DNA of 64,000 bases, from the NCBI GenBank assembly GCA_965243205.1, contig CBDEUK010000002.1, positions 1,216,001 through 1,280,000 on the forward strand, written 5' to 3'. The position numbers and the translations under genes are program-made. A model generated the notes under the pieces. That model was not told the DNA's origin. It saw only the letters and a program-made list of their open reading frames with translations, and searched no databases. This document shows positions 30,489 through 41,534 of this stretch, piece after piece. Position 1 is the first letter of the stretch. Every line of letters starts with the position of its first letter. The stretch is from Gammaproteobacteria bacterium. GTDB taxonomy: Bacteria; Pseudomonadota; Gammaproteobacteria; Eutrophobiales; Eutrophobiaceae.

Positions 30489-31817
30489 GTGGATATGACT
30501 ATTTTATTCTCTTTTCTCGAACAGATCGCGCTTCCTGTTTTAATCCTTCTAAGTGTGTGGATTCTTTATCGATTATTCCGATCGCAACGCAATGAAGAGA
30601 TACTAACTCGTATTGAAAAACGCATGGAAGAAAATCAATCACGTATTGATCAAATCGAACAACAATTGTTTCGAACTGAACGCGATCAAGCAAGACACAT
30701 TATTGAACTGCGCGAAAAAATGCTCGGTTCATTTGGCGCTCAAGGAGAATCTCTAAGTTCTAAACTGGCTTCACATCAAACCAGTTTCGCAGAGCGCCAG
30801 ACCGACGGCATCAAACAGCTCTACGATAGCCTGCAACATGGCATGACTGAAATCCAAAAACAAGTCAGTGAAGCTCTAAAAATTAATATGGAATCATTGG
30901 GCAAACGTGTTGATGGACTAACTGAAAAAACCGAGCAACGTTTACATGAAATTGGCGGCCTAGTTGAAAAACGTTTAGAAGAAGGATTCAAAAAAACTAC
31001 AGAAACCTTCACCGATATTTTAAAGCGTTTGGCTTTGATCGATGAAGCTCAGAAAAAGATCACAGAACTTTCTTCGGAAGTTGTTAGCTTACAAGAAATC
31101 CTTGCCGATAAACGCTCACGAGGTGCTTTTGGGGAAGTACAGTTAAATGCATTGATCGCTAATGTCATGCCCGAAAACAGTTATGCAATCCAATACAGTT
31201 TACCCAATGGCAAAATTGCTGATTGCGCTCTGTTCTTACCCGAACCGACCGGCACTATCGCGATTGATTCGAAATTTCCATTGGAAAGCTACCGAACCAT
31301 GACCGATTTTAATGCGACTGATATCGATCGCAAACAAGCCGAAAAACAATTTAAACGTGATATTCAAAAACACATCGATGATATTGCAGCAAAATATATC
31401 CTTCCTGGTGTTACTTCCGATGGCGCCATTATGTTCTTACCTGCAGAAGCGGTGTTTGCTGAGATTCAAGCCAAGCATGGCGACCTTGTTGATTACGCAC
31501 ATTCTGCACATGTTTGGCTAGTCTCGCCGACAACTCTTTGGGCAACATTGAATACCGCACGTGCTGTATTAAAAGATGCAGAAACCCGTGAACAGGTCGA
31601 TATTATTCAAGAGCACTTAGTGTATTTAGCCAAAGATTTTCAGCGCTTCCAAAAACGCATGGATGATCTCGCCAAACACATCAACCAAGCGCAAGCAGAT
31701 GTTGAGCAAGTCAACACTTCTGCCAAGAAAATTAGCTCACGATTTGAAAAAATTGAGCGCTTGGAACTGGATAACGAGAGTGATGTCACATTAACTATAG
31801 AAAATCATAAAAAGTGA
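30489..31817 (+). CDS. rmuC: DNA recombination protein RmuC
   Basis: N-terminal TM and coiled coil; RGAFGEVQL, IDSKFPLE, MFLPAEAVF, VSPTTL. Confidence 0.92.
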   Translation: MDMTILFSFLEQIALPVLILLSVWILYRLFRSQRNEEILTRIEKRMEENQSRIDQIEQQLFRTERDQARHIIELREKMLGSFGAQGESLSSKLASHQTSFAERQTDGIKQLYDSLQHGMTEIQKQVSEALKINMESLGKRVDGLTEKTEQRLHEIGGLVEKRLEEGFKKTTETFTDILKRLALIDEAQKKITELSSEVVSLQEILADKRSRGAFGEVQLNALIANVMPENSYAIQYSLPNGKIADCALFLPEPTGTIAIDSKFPLESYRTMTDFNATDIDRKQAEKQFKRDIQKHIDDIAAKYILPGVTSDGAIMFLPAEAVFAEIQAKHGDLVDYAHSAHVWLVSPTTLWATLNTARAVLKDAETREQVDIIQEHLVYLAKDFQRFQKRMDDLAKHINQAQADVEQVNTSAKKISSRFEKIERLELDNESDVTLTIENHKK

Positions 31818-31880
31818 CGCTAACTAAATGACATTTCATGTTTTTTTGTTACACTTAATTAAATATGCATTGCAACAATA

Positions 31881-32699
31881 TTGATGAATAACCGATTTTT
31901 AAAAGCTATCATATTCGATATGGACGGTACCCTCGCTAATACCGAGGAAATTCATCGACTCGCCTTTAATCAGGCCTTTGAAGAGTTTTCCCTGCCCATT
32001 CATTGGAGCGAAATAACCTACGCCGAATTATTAGCGATCTCAGGTGGTCGCCAACGTACCTATAAATTCATTATTGATAATCATATCGACGTCAAAAATG
32101 TTGATGATCTAAGGGAATTCGTTGCTGAAGTCCATAAACGTAAATCGGAAATCTACCGAGAGATGCTAACAGATGGCCGTTTAAAATTACGCAATGGTGT
32201 TCGACGTTTAATCATGGAAGCGAAACAGAAAAAAATTCGTCTCGCCATTGCCACAAGTTCTTCATTAGCCAATGTCCATACACTATTAAAAACCACACTT
32301 GGCGAACACAGTATCGAATGGTTCGATAGTATCGTCAGTTGTGATTTAATTGCGGATCAAAAACCATCCCCTGCTGTTTATCAATATGCCTTAGCTGAAC
32401 TTGGTATTGCACCAGAAAACAGCGTCGCGATTGAAGATACTTATAATGGCAATGAATCAGCTAAAGCAGCAGGTTTGCGAAGCATTATTACCACTCATAA
32501 TTTTACAATTGATAGTGATTTTACTGGCGCAGCATTAGTACTCGATCAACTTGGTGAACCTGAAATGCCTTTCATTCAATCCGCAGGCGAACCACAGACG
32601 AAAACCTATGTTGATATCGACATGTTAGAATCTTTATTGATCCCTCAAAGCCAAGAAACTCAGGCCCAACACTGGCATCCAGATGTAGCCTTCGGTTAA
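31881..32699 (+). CDS. HAD-superfamily hydrolase, CbbY-like
   Basis: IFDMDGTLANTE..HRLAFN, GGRQR, KPSPAVY, AIED. Confidence 0.85.
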   Translation: MMNNRFLKAIIFDMDGTLANTEEIHRLAFNQAFEEFSLPIHWSEITYAELLAISGGRQRTYKFIIDNHIDVKNVDDLREFVAEVHKRKSEIYREMLTDGRLKLRNGVRRLIMEAKQKKIRLAIATSSSLANVHTLLKTTLGEHSIEWFDSIVSCDLIADQKPSPAVYQYALAELGIAPENSVAIEDTYNGNESAKAAGLRSIITTHNFTIDSDFTGAALVLDQLGEPEMPFIQSAGEPQTKTYVDIDMLESLLIPQSQETQAQHWHPDVAFG

Positions 32700-32780
32700 T
32701 AAACCGTTCCCCATTTCTAATTTTTTATATTTTCTTAATTTGATTCTGTTTTCATAGATAGAATCCGATAGAATTGTCTC

Positions 32781-33707
32781 ATGACTCTTACCGAACTTCG
32801 TTACATAACCGCTGTTGCTCGAGAAAAACATTTTGGCAAAGCGGCTGAAGCATGCTTTGTTAGCCAACCCACTTTAAGCGTTGCGGTTAAGAAGTTAGAA
32901 GATGAATTAGACGTCGCTCTATTTGAACGACATCAACACGAAATTCATATCACCGATGTTGGTAAAAAAATCATTGCTCAAGCACAAACGGTTCTGGAAG
33001 CAGCAGAAGAAATAAAACAAATATCACTAGAATCTAAAAACGAACTCAGTGGCGAATTACGTTTGGGAACCATCTACACTATTGGCCCTTATCTATTACC
33101 AAAGATCATTGCTTCAATTAACCAAATGGCGCCTGAACTTACTTTATTAATAGAAGAAGATTACACAAAAAACTTAGCCGATAAATTACGTCAAGGTGAA
33201 CTCGATGCTGTCATCGTTTCAACGCCATTTGATGAACCTGCTGTTGATACAATTAATTTGTATAGTGAACCGTTTACTGTTGTTTTACCAAAAGGACATA
33301 CATTAACGACAAAGAAAAAATTAAAGCTCGAAGAATTATTCGATGAATCCCTCTTACTATTAAAGAGTGGGAACTGCTTTCGTGACCAAGTATTAAACGC
33401 CTGCATGAGTTGCCAAGGCGTTGAACTCTCAAAGACTCAAATGCAAAAAACCCTAGAAGGCAGTTCAATTGAAACCATTCGGCAAATGGTTGCGGCAGGT
33501 GTTGGCATCACCGTACTTCCTTGTACATCGATTAACCCTAATGATGATATGAAGAATTTACTCGAATACAGAGAACTAACTAAACCAACTCCTGAACGAG
33601 AAGTGATACTCGCTTACCGTAAATCTTATCCTCGAACTTTAATCATCAACTTACTACAAACTGTAGTAAATAAAGCCAAGCTGAATAATGTGACTAAGGC
33701 TAATTAA
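32781..33707 (+). CDS. oxyR: LysR-family peroxide sensor OxyR
   Basis: MTLTELRY...HFGKAAEACFVSQPTLS; GNCFRDQVLNAC (C199/C208-type pair); EGSSIETIRQMVAAG. Confidence 0.85.
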   Translation: MTLTELRYITAVAREKHFGKAAEACFVSQPTLSVAVKKLEDELDVALFERHQHEIHITDVGKKIIAQAQTVLEAAEEIKQISLESKNELSGELRLGTIYTIGPYLLPKIIASINQMAPELTLLIEEDYTKNLADKLRQGELDAVIVSTPFDEPAVDTINLYSEPFTVVLPKGHTLTTKKKLKLEELFDESLLLLKSGNCFRDQVLNACMSCQGVELSKTQMQKTLEGSSIETIRQMVAAGVGITVLPCTSINPNDDMKNLLEYRELTKPTPEREVILAYRKSYPRTLIINLLQTVVNKAKLNNVTKAN

Positions 33708-35076
33708 TCACAATAAATAGCGCAGAGTTTTTCCTCACAATCCTTAGTAATAAAGGCTGCTTTATTGCATTAACCACTTGATTAAACTCATCGAGATTAC
33801 TAATGCGTTGCTGATTCACTGAAGTAATCACATCACCTTCACGTAAACCACTGGCTCTCGCCGCAGTGCCTCTTTCTACTGCAAACACATAAACACCTTT
33901 TACCTTATCGTAATAAGGATTGTCTTCTTCGATTTCAGATAATGTAACTCCAGCTAAACGCTCATTACGAACATTATTCGGGCTAGCTTGACTATCATTT
34001 TTACTAACGGCTGCAACAACAATCGTAGTTTGTCCTTCACGCAAAATTTCAAAACGTGCTTTTTGTCCAACCGGCAATAAACCAATTCTATGGCGCACAT
34101 CACTTGCACTTTTAACCTGCTTGCCATCAATAGATACAATGACATCTCCTGCCTTGAAACCCGCCTTATCGGCTGGCGAACCTTCGAGCACACGATTGAT
34201 GACCGCGCCTTGTTGTTTTTGTAGTCCAAACGCTTCCGCTAATTCAGGGCTTAAGTCTTGTAACTGTACGCCTAAGTACCCTCGTTCAACTTCGCCGTTC
34301 TCAACTAACTGCTCCATAATATTCAGCGCAACGTTTACTGGAATCGCAAAACCAATTCCTATATTGCCACCACTGCGTGAAAAGATTGCGGTATTAATAC
34401 CGACCAATTCGCCACGTAAATTAACCAATGCGCCGCCAGAGTTCCCAGGGTTAATTGAAGCATCGGTTTGAATAAAGTCTTCATAACCTTCTATACCTAA
34501 GCCACTACGGTTTAATGCGCTAACAATTCCGGTCGTAACTGTTTGACCTAAGCCAAAAGGATTACCGATAGCGACTACAAAATCGCCCACTCTTAATTCA
34601 TCTGAATCGGTCGTTTTAATATCGGTCAAGTTATCTGCTTTTACTTTAATAACAGCAACATCGGTTTCAGGATCAGTACCAACAATTTCTGCTTCATGTT
34701 GTTTGCCATCACGTAACGTCACCATGATTTCGACCGCATTCGCAATCACGTGGTTATTAGTTAATATTAACCCTCGTTCTGCATCAACAATCACACCTGA
34801 ACCTAAACTTTGAGTTTTGCGCTCTGTCGGCATATTAGGAAAATCAAAAAAGCGACGAAAAAAAGGATCATTAAATAATGGGTTTTGACGAACCTTCACT
34901 CGACCTTCGGTCGCAATATTCACAACCGCAGGCGTAATGTTTTCCAACATAGGCGCTAAAGTTGGTAACGCTTGGCCATCAACCGTTGCCGGAAGAGCAG
35001 CCTGAGTTGCTTGAAAAGGTATAAATGATAAGGGTAATAATAATAAAAGTTTAAGAAATTGATTAATACGATTCAT
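33700..35076 (-). CDS. degQ: HtrA/DegQ periplasmic serine protease with two PDZ domains
   Basis: TNNHV, DVAVI, IQTDASINPGNSGGAL. Confidence 0.92.
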   Translation of the reverse strand: MNRINQFLKLLLLLPLSFIPFQATQAALPATVDGQALPTLAPMLENITPAVVNIATEGRVKVRQNPLFNDPFFRRFFDFPNMPTERKTQSLGSGVIVDAERGLILTNNHVIANAVEIMVTLRDGKQHEAEIVGTDPETDVAVIKVKADNLTDIKTTDSDELRVGDFVVAIGNPFGLGQTVTTGIVSALNRSGLGIEGYEDFIQTDASINPGNSGGALVNLRGELVGINTAIFSRSGGNIGIGFAIPVNVALNIMEQLVENGEVERGYLGVQLQDLSPELAEAFGLQKQQGAVINRVLEGSPADKAGFKAGDVIVSIDGKQVKSASDVRHRIGLLPVGQKARFEILREGQTTIVVAAVSKNDSQASPNNVRNERLAGVTLSEIEEDNPYYDKVKGVYVFAVERGTAARASGLREGDVITSVNQQRISNLDEFNQVVNAIKQPLLLRIVRKNSALFIVIN

Positions 35077-35205
35077 CTGTATGTAGTTCCAAAATTTTGT
35101 TCAATGATTTTATTGTTTAGGAAAAAAAACCAAGAAAAAGTTCATCGATAAGAATTATTCAATATAGATTGGGTAAGAAATTTATTTTTCAATACATCAA
35201 TATGA

Positions 35206-35850
35206 CTAAATCCAATAAGACGTCTTGGTCATTATTTTTGAAGTGAACCCCATCAGGAGTTTTATAGGAGTTGGTAATTCTGCCGCTCCATAATTGGCTG
35301 CTTTATCTCGGTGTTCCGCTTCATCTTTTTGCATTTGATGTAGTATCGCTTCTGTTTTTTTATCGGCTTCTGGTAAATCGGCTAAATGCGATTGTAAATG
35401 ATCAATCACTTGTTTCTCGGTTTCTTCAATAAATCCAAGACTCCATTTATCCCCCACTAATCCTGCGATGGCGCCAATAGAAAAAGAGCCAACATACCAA
35501 ACTGGATCTAAATAACTGGTACGACTATTTAACTCATCCAATCGACGCCGACACCAATGCAGGTGATCGACTTCTTCTTCGGCCGATTCCTGCATCGCTT
35601 GTTTCACCGAATCGTCTTTTGCAACCAATGCCTGACCCAAATACAAAGCCTGAGCGGAAACCTCACCTGCATGGTTAACGCGCATATAACCTTCTACCTT
35701 GGATTGGGCATCTTTATTTAATCGCGTTTCAGGAATAGATTCGGCCGGATAGGGTCGGTTTGGCGAATGATTCGCACCTGCTAAAGCTGAAATCTGGCTA
35801 TCAAAGCCGATGATTAGCTTATCAAGCATTGAGTATTGTAATTTAGCCAT
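35206..35850 (-). CDS. coq7: Demethoxyubiquinone hydroxylase Coq7
   Basis: MRVNHAGEVSAQALY, EEVDHL, ETEKQV..HL, DEAEH di-iron motifs. Confidence 0.93.
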   Translation of the reverse strand: MAKLQYSMLDKLIIGFDSQISALAGANHSPNRPYPAESIPETRLNKDAQSKVEGYMRVNHAGEVSAQALYLGQALVAKDDSVKQAMQESAEEEVDHLHWCRRRLDELNSRTSYLDPVWYVGSFSIGAIAGLVGDKWSLGFIEETEKQVIDHLQSHLADLPEADKKTEAILHQMQKDEAEHRDKAANYGAAELPTPIKLLMGFTSKIMTKTSYWI

Positions 35851-35940
35851 CGTTTAAATATTTGAAATGCATGTTTTCTCTAATTTTATCATAGAGTTAG
35901 CAAGATAAAATGTTAATATATTCAAGCCTTGGAAATAGTA

Positions 35941-35969
35941 TTGACAGCATCCTGCTTGATCCGTACCAT
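35941..35969 (+). promoter_or_regulatory. Sigma70 promoter of rplM-rpsI
   Basis: TTGACA-N17-TACCAT followed by a C-rich discriminator. Confidence 0.75.
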
Positions 35970-36015
35970 TCCCCCTCTTTTTTTGACCTAAATATTAGAA
36001 TTTTCACGAAACACA

Positions 36016-36444
36016 ATGAATACATATAGCCCAAAAGCATCCGAAATTACTCGCGATTGGTACGTGCTAGATGCTGCTGACAAACCACTTGGTCGTGTCG
36101 CTAGCGAAATTGCCAAGCGTCTACAAGGTAAGCACAAACCAACTTACGCTAAACATATGGATATGGGCGATTATATCGTTGTGATTAACGCTCAGAAAAT
36201 TGCTGCTACTGGCAATAAAATGAAAGACAAGATGTATCATCGCCACACGGGTTTCCCTGGTGGTCTTAAATCCATCAGCCTTGAAAAATTGTTAGCATAC
36301 AAACCTGAAAAAGCGATTGAAACTGCTGTCAAAGGCATGCTTCCAAAAGGCCCTTTAGGTCGTGAGATGTATCGTAAACTTCGTGTTTATGCCGGCGAGC
36401 AACATAACCATGCTGCTCAACAACCAAAACCATTAGAAATCTAA
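36016..36444 (+). CDS. rplM: 50S ribosomal protein L13
   Basis: [26 protein letters not shown]. Confidence 0.98.
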   Translation: MNTYSPKASEITRDWYVLDAADKPLGRVASEIAKRLQGKHKPTYAKHMDMGDYIVVINAQKIAATGNKMKDKMYHRHTGFPGGLKSISLEKLLAYKPEKAIETAVKGMLPKGPLGREMYRKLRVYAGEQHNHAAQQPKPLEI

Positions 36445-36454
36445 TTAAATAGTT

Positions 36455-36847
36455 ATGAGCGAACAAGTTTATTACAGTACTGGCCGTCGTAAGAGTTCTG
36501 CAGCCAGAGTATTCCTAAAAAAGGGTAGCGGTAACGTCGTTATCAACAACAAAACCTTAGATCAATATTTCGGTCGCGAAACAGGTCGTATGATTGTTCG
36601 CCAACCACTAGAAGAAGTGGATATGGTTGAAAATTTTGATATTAACATCACAGTGAAAGGTGGTGGTATTTCAGGCCAAGCAGGCGCTATTCGACATGGA
36701 ATTACTCGAGCCTTAATCGAATACGATGAATCACTACGTAAACCATTACGTGCAGCTGGTTTTGTAACCCGTGATGCTCGTGAAGTTGAACGTAAGAAAA
36801 TCGGTCTTCATAAAGCCCGTAAACGTCCTCAATTCAGTAAACGTTAA
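36455..36847 (+). CDS. rpsI: 30S ribosomal protein S9
   Basis: [30 protein letters not shown]. Confidence 0.98.
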   Translation: MSEQVYYSTGRRKSSAARVFLKKGSGNVVINNKTLDQYFGRETGRMIVRQPLEEVDMVENFDINITVKGGGISGQAGAIRHGITRALIEYDESLRKPLRAAGFVTRDAREVERKKIGLHKARKRPQFSKR

Positions 36848-36863
36848 TCTAATACGTTTACGC

Positions 36864-36892
36864 AAAAAAGAGAGCTTCGGCTCTCTTTTTTT
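36864..36892. terminator. Rho-independent terminator (UUCG loop), bidirectional
   Basis: AAAAAAGAGAGC-TTCG-GCTCTCTTTTTTT. Confidence 0.9.
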
Positions 36893-36903
36893 ATGTCTTC
36901 GAT

Positions 36904-37368
36904 TTATCCTTGTTTGGATTTTATTAAAAGCCATTTATCGAGATGCTCGGCAAAGGTTTTTCTATCCTGTTGACTGATGGCTGCAGGCCCATCTGTTTGC
37001 ACACCACTATTTCGTAATGTTTCCATAAAATCTCGCACACTCAATCGTGATTTAATATTTTCTTTTGTAAACGATTCGCCTCTTGGACTCAAAGCTGTAA
37101 CACCTTTTGCAATGACTGCATCAGCTAATGGAATATCATTAGTAATCACTAAATCACCTGCATTCATTCTTTTAACGATTTCATTATCTGCAACATCGAA
37201 TCCAGTGGATACTTGAATACTCCGAAGAAATTCTGATGGCGGTGTTTTTATATATTGGTTTGCGATGAGTGTTACAGAGATTTTGGTTCGAATAGCAGCT
37301 CTGAAAATAATTTCTTTTATCACTATGGGCCAGGCATCAGTATCAACCCTATCAACCCAAATCTACAT
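36904..37368 (-). pseudogene. yaiI: YaiI/YqxD (DUF188) family gene with stop at codon 2
   Basis: Reads [24 protein letters not shown] versus family MxIWVDADACPV.IKE; TAG at 37363-37365 and a 9-bp tandem duplication at 37341-37358. Confidence 0.75.
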
Positions 37369-37503
37369 TTCTTAAAATCTCACGAATTAACAAATTGATA
37401 ATTTAATCTTAAATAAAAATTAACTCTATGGAACTTTATAATGATAAAGTTCACTTAAATTCTCTATGTAAAAGTAATTAACACTAATCATCTTATACAG
37501 TTT

Positions 37504-38430
37504 ATGGAAAACATCATATCTATTTCACAATTAAGCAAACGCTATGACTCAGGTTTTGAAGCGTTGAAAAATATTAATCTTGAAATTCATAAGGGTGAGA
37601 TATTTGCTTTGCTTGGCCCTAACGGCGCTGGTAAGACTACCTTAATTAGTACCATTTGCGGAATTGTGAACCCAAGCGGTGGAGAAGTATCAGTCGATGA
37701 CCATAACATCATCGATGACTTTAGAGTAACTCGTTCCAAAATTGGTTTAGTTCCACAAGAACTATCCACCGATATGTTTGAAACGGTTTGGAATACCGTG
37801 AATTTTAGTCGTGGTTTATTTGGCAAACCGGAAAATCATGCCTATGTAGAAAAAGTATTACGCGACTTATCCTTATGGGATAAAAAAGATTCTAAGATCA
37901 TGCAACTTTCAGGCGGTATGAAACGCCGCGTCATGATTGCCAAAGCCTTATCTCATGAACCCGGAGTGTTATTTTTAGATGAGCCTACTGCTGGGGTTGA
38001 TGTAGAACTTCGAAAAGATATGTGGGAATTGGTACGTAATTTACGTGAACAAGGCGTTACCATCATTTTAACAACACATTACATTGAAGAAGCCGAAGAA
38101 ATGGCTGATCGTATTGGTATTATTAATCATGGTGAAATCATTATGGTAGAAGAAAAAAATACCTTAATGAAACAACTTGGAAAACGTCAAGTTAGTTTGC
38201 ATCTACAAGAAGCCATTACAAACATACCTCTTCAATTAAATGCATTTAATTTGGAAATTTCAGAAGATGGATATGAATTGAAATACACATTCGATTCATT
38301 AAACGAACAATCCAATCTGCCTGAATTATTAAAACAACTGAGCGAACTCAATATTGAATTTAAAGATATACATTCCAGTGAAAGTTCATTAGAAGATATC
38401 TTTGTAGATCTAGTAAGAAAACCATCATGA
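37504..38430 (+). CDS. ABC-2 type transporter ATP-binding protein (YadG-like)
   Basis: [26 protein letters not shown]. Confidence 0.92.
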   Translation: MENIISISQLSKRYDSGFEALKNINLEIHKGEIFALLGPNGAGKTTLISTICGIVNPSGGEVSVDDHNIIDDFRVTRSKIGLVPQELSTDMFETVWNTVNFSRGLFGKPENHAYVEKVLRDLSLWDKKDSKIMQLSGGMKRRVMIAKALSHEPGVLFLDEPTAGVDVELRKDMWELVRNLREQGVTIILTTHYIEEAEEMADRIGIINHGEIIMVEEKNTLMKQLGKRQVSLHLQEAITNIPLQLNAFNLEISEDGYELKYTFDSLNEQSNLPELLKQLSELNIEFKDIHSSESSLEDIFVDLVRKPS

Positions 38431-39188
38431 ATATACATGCCATTAAAGCCATTTATAAATTTGAAATGGCGCGTACTTTAAGAACCTTAATGCAAAGCAT
38501 TGCATCGCCTGTGTTATCAACCTCACTTTATTTTGTGGTTTTTGGTGCTGCTATTGGATCACGCATGGGAGAAATTGAAGGCGTGAGTTATGGTGCGTTC
38601 ATTATTCCGGGTTTAATTATGTTATCCCTACTGAACGAAAGTATCTCCAATGCTTCATTTGGAATCTACATGCCTAAATTTACTGGCACTATCTATGAAA
38701 TTCATTCGGCACCAATTTCTTGGATAGAAATATTAATTGGTTTTGTCGGCGCTGCGACAACGAAGTCTGTAGTTCTTGGGTTATTGATCTTAGTCACTGC
38801 AAAATTATTCGTTGATTATGAAATAGCCTATCCATTTTATATGTTTGGTTTTTTAGTAATCACTGCCCTAAGTTTCAGTTTATTTGGATTCATTTTAGGT
38901 GTTTGGGCCGATAGTTTTGAAAAACTACAAGTGGTTCCAATGATGATTATCACTCCACTGACATTTTTAGGCGGTAGTTTCTATTCCATCAGTATGTTGC
39001 CTCCTGTTTGGCAAACCATTACCTTGTTTAATCCAGTGGTTTATTTAATCAGTGGTTTCCGCTGGAGCTTTTATGGAATTTCAGATGTCCATATCTTTGT
39101 CAGCTTAGCAATGATTTCCATATTTTTGATAATTTGCTTAAGTATCATTTGGTGGATATTTAAAACAGGTTATAAACTCAAACAATAA
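38427..39188 (+). CDS. ABC-2 type transporter permease (YadH-like)
   Basis: Six TM segments, [22 protein letters not shown]; ATGA overlap with the ATPase gene. Confidence 0.9.
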   Translation: MNIHAIKAIYKFEMARTLRTLMQSIASPVLSTSLYFVVFGAAIGSRMGEIEGVSYGAFIIPGLIMLSLLNESISNASFGIYMPKFTGTIYEIHSAPISWIEILIGFVGAATTKSVVLGLLILVTAKLFVDYEIAYPFYMFGFLVITALSFSLFGFILGVWADSFEKLQVVPMMIITPLTFLGGSFYSISMLPPVWQTITLFNPVVYLISGFRWSFYGISDVHIFVSLAMISIFLIICLSIIWWIFKTGYKLKQ

Positions 39189-39190
39189 AA

Positions 39191-39223
39191 AAACCGCTAT
39201 GGATAAATCCATAACGGTTTCTT
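39191..39223. terminator. Bidirectional terminator-like hairpin
   Basis: AAACCGCTATGGAT-aa-ATCCATAACGGTTT between convergent genes. Confidence 0.65.
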
Positions 39224-39241
39224 GTTACAACCTTTAAATAT

Positions 39242-39586
39242 TTAATCAGCAGCAGTTGATAACAGACTTTTTAAAGCAACCACTAACATAGCTGGTGCGA
39301 CTAAGGCGGTTAGATGAGTCAATACACGTGTCACCTCATCACCAATTCCTGGCAAACCTGAAGCTGAACTAACTGAAAGTAATAACGCAATGCCTGCGAC
39401 TAAAAAACCAGTATGTTCACCATCTGTTACATTCAAAAAACCAACTACCAAACCTAAAATTAGTAGTGCTAAAGCCACATATGGAACACTAATAAATGCG
39501 GAGACTACAGCAATAATTAAACCGACCAGAAATGCAATTTTTCCAATTGTTAAACTTCCCATTGAACTCCCCCTTTTTATATTCAT
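39242..39586 (-). CDS. Small hypothetical membrane protein (likely start MGSLT)
   Basis: About four TM segments; LGLVVGFLNVT..E, VAPAMLVVALK. Confidence 0.75.
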   Translation of the reverse strand: MNIKRGSSMGSLTIGKIAFLVGLIIAVVSAFISVPYVALALLILGLVVGFLNVTDGEHTGFLVAGIALLLSVSSASGLPGIGDEVTRVLTHLTALVAPAMLVVALKSLLSTAAD

Positions 39587-39859
39587 ATTGTTGTTAATTT
39601 GAGTCTTTCTGATTTAGATAAATATCTATAGCAAATTGACTTATTGAATCTTAAGGTAAATCCATTCTAAATGCACCATTTTGATGCATACGTTCATGAG
39701 AATTAACCTGTAATACTGAATTTCCTCAGATAAATTAATCTAATTAAGGCATATTTTTCGCTAGCAACTATTAAAGTTTTTCTCTGAGCAACCGCTATTG
39801 TTCCTAAGATTAGTGGCCGAAGGGCTAATTGTAACAATGGACAACGAAAGGAAATTATT

Positions 39860-41503
39860 ATGAAATCCAGTGATTTATTCATTAAGTGTCTTGAAAATGA
39901 AGGTGTTGAATACATTCTCGGTGTACCTGGAGAGGAGAATCTAGACTTCCTAGAGTCTCTACGTCACTCCACACAAATCAAACTCATACTAACAAGACAT
40001 GAACAATCCGCTGGGTTCATGGCCGCAACAATTGGCCGTTTGACTGGCAAACTTGGAGTTTGCTTATCAACACTAGGGCCAGGTGCAACGAATTTTGTAA
40101 CTGCTGCGGCCTACGCACAGCTTGGTGCGATGCCAATGTGTATGATCACGGGACAAAAACCGGTTCATTCCAGTAAGCAAGGCCATTTCCAAATCATCGA
40201 TGCTGTTGACATGATGCGCCCTATCACCAAATTTACAAAATCCATTGGACGGGGCGATCGCATACCAACCGTTATCCGAGAGGCATTCAAAGTCGCTGAG
40301 GATGAACGTCCTGGAGCCGTTCATATCGAGCTACCTGAAGATGTGGCTCATGAAGAAACTAAAACGAACCCCATTCCAGTCACCCATGTAAGACGTCCCG
40401 ATGCAAATGATAAAGCGGTAGCAATTGCACTTGAGATGATTGAAAAAGCTAAGTCACCCCTAATTTTAATAGGTGCTGGTGCAAATCGTAAACGTATATC
40501 AAAAATGCTATGTCAATTTATCGATAAAACATCCATGCCATTTTTTGATACTCAAATGGGTAAAGGCGTGGTTCCTGAAGATCACCCTTTATTTTTAGGT
40601 ACTGCGGCTTTATCGGATAATGATTATTTACATTGTGCCATTGACCGCGCAGATTTAATTATTAATGTCGGACATGATGTTGTTGAAAAACCTCCATTCT
40701 TTATGGAAGAAGGCGGAACGCAAGTAATACATATCAATTATTCACCAGCGGATATCGATGAAGTCTATTTTCCTCAACATGAAGTAATTGGTGACATCGC
40801 TAATGCGATGTGGCAATTGGTTGAAAAAATTACACCTCAAGACCATTGGGATTTTTCTTACTACCGCACAGTCAAGGATTATGTGGATGAAAAAATATCT
40901 GAAAACAGTAATGATGAACGTTTCCCTATCATCCCACAAAAATTTGTCGCCGACATACGCTCAGTTATGGGCGCAGAAGACATCATTGCATTAGATAATG
41001 GTATTTATAAAGTATGGTTTGCGCGTAACTACCGTGCTTTGGCACCGAATACTGTTTTATTAGATAACGCATTAGCGACGATGGGTGCAGGTTTACCTTC
41101 TGCAATGGCAGCTAAAATGGTTTATCCAGATCGTAAAGTCATCGCAATTTGCGGTGATGGTGGCTTTATGATGAACAGTCAGGAACTAGAAACAGCTGTT
41201 CGCATGAAACTCGACTTAGTTATCGTCGTATTAAATGACAGTGCTTACGGCATGATCAAATGGAAGCAACATGGAATGGGGTTTGAAGACTTTGGACTTG
41301 ATTACAATAACCCCGACTTTGTTCAATATGCCGAAAGTTACGGTGCTAAAGGTCATCGTATCAATAGCAACCCTGAATTTAAAGAAACCTTAGAAAAATG
41401 CCAAGCCGATGGTGGTGTGCACTTAATTGATTTACCAGTTGATTATTCTGAAAACATTAGAGTATTAACGGAAGAATTAAGAAACAAAGCTTGTATTTTA
41501 TAA
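39860..41503 (+). CDS. Thiamine-diphosphate enzyme, acetolactate synthase large-subunit-like
   Basis: GVPGEENL, RHEQSAGFMA, TLGPGATN, GDGGFMMN..E...LND. Confidence 0.9.
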   Translation: MKSSDLFIKCLENEGVEYILGVPGEENLDFLESLRHSTQIKLILTRHEQSAGFMAATIGRLTGKLGVCLSTLGPGATNFVTAAAYAQLGAMPMCMITGQKPVHSSKQGHFQIIDAVDMMRPITKFTKSIGRGDRIPTVIREAFKVAEDERPGAVHIELPEDVAHEETKTNPIPVTHVRRPDANDKAVAIALEMIEKAKSPLILIGAGANRKRISKMLCQFIDKTSMPFFDTQMGKGVVPEDHPLFLGTAALSDNDYLHCAIDRADLIINVGHDVVEKPPFFMEEGGTQVIHINYSPADIDEVYFPQHEVIGDIANAMWQLVEKITPQDHWDFSYYRTVKDYVDEKISENSNDERFPIIPQKFVADIRSVMGAEDIIALDNGIYKVWFARNYRALAPNTVLLDNALATMGAGLPSAMAAKMVYPDRKVIAICGDGGFMMNSQELETAVRMKLDLVIVVLNDSAYGMIKWKQHGMGFEDFGLDYNNPDFVQYAESYGAKGHRINSNPEFKETLEKCQADGGVHLIDLPVDYSENIRVLTEELRNKACIL

Positions 41504-41534
41504 AGAGAACAAAAGAGGCTTTTCGTCTTAACGT

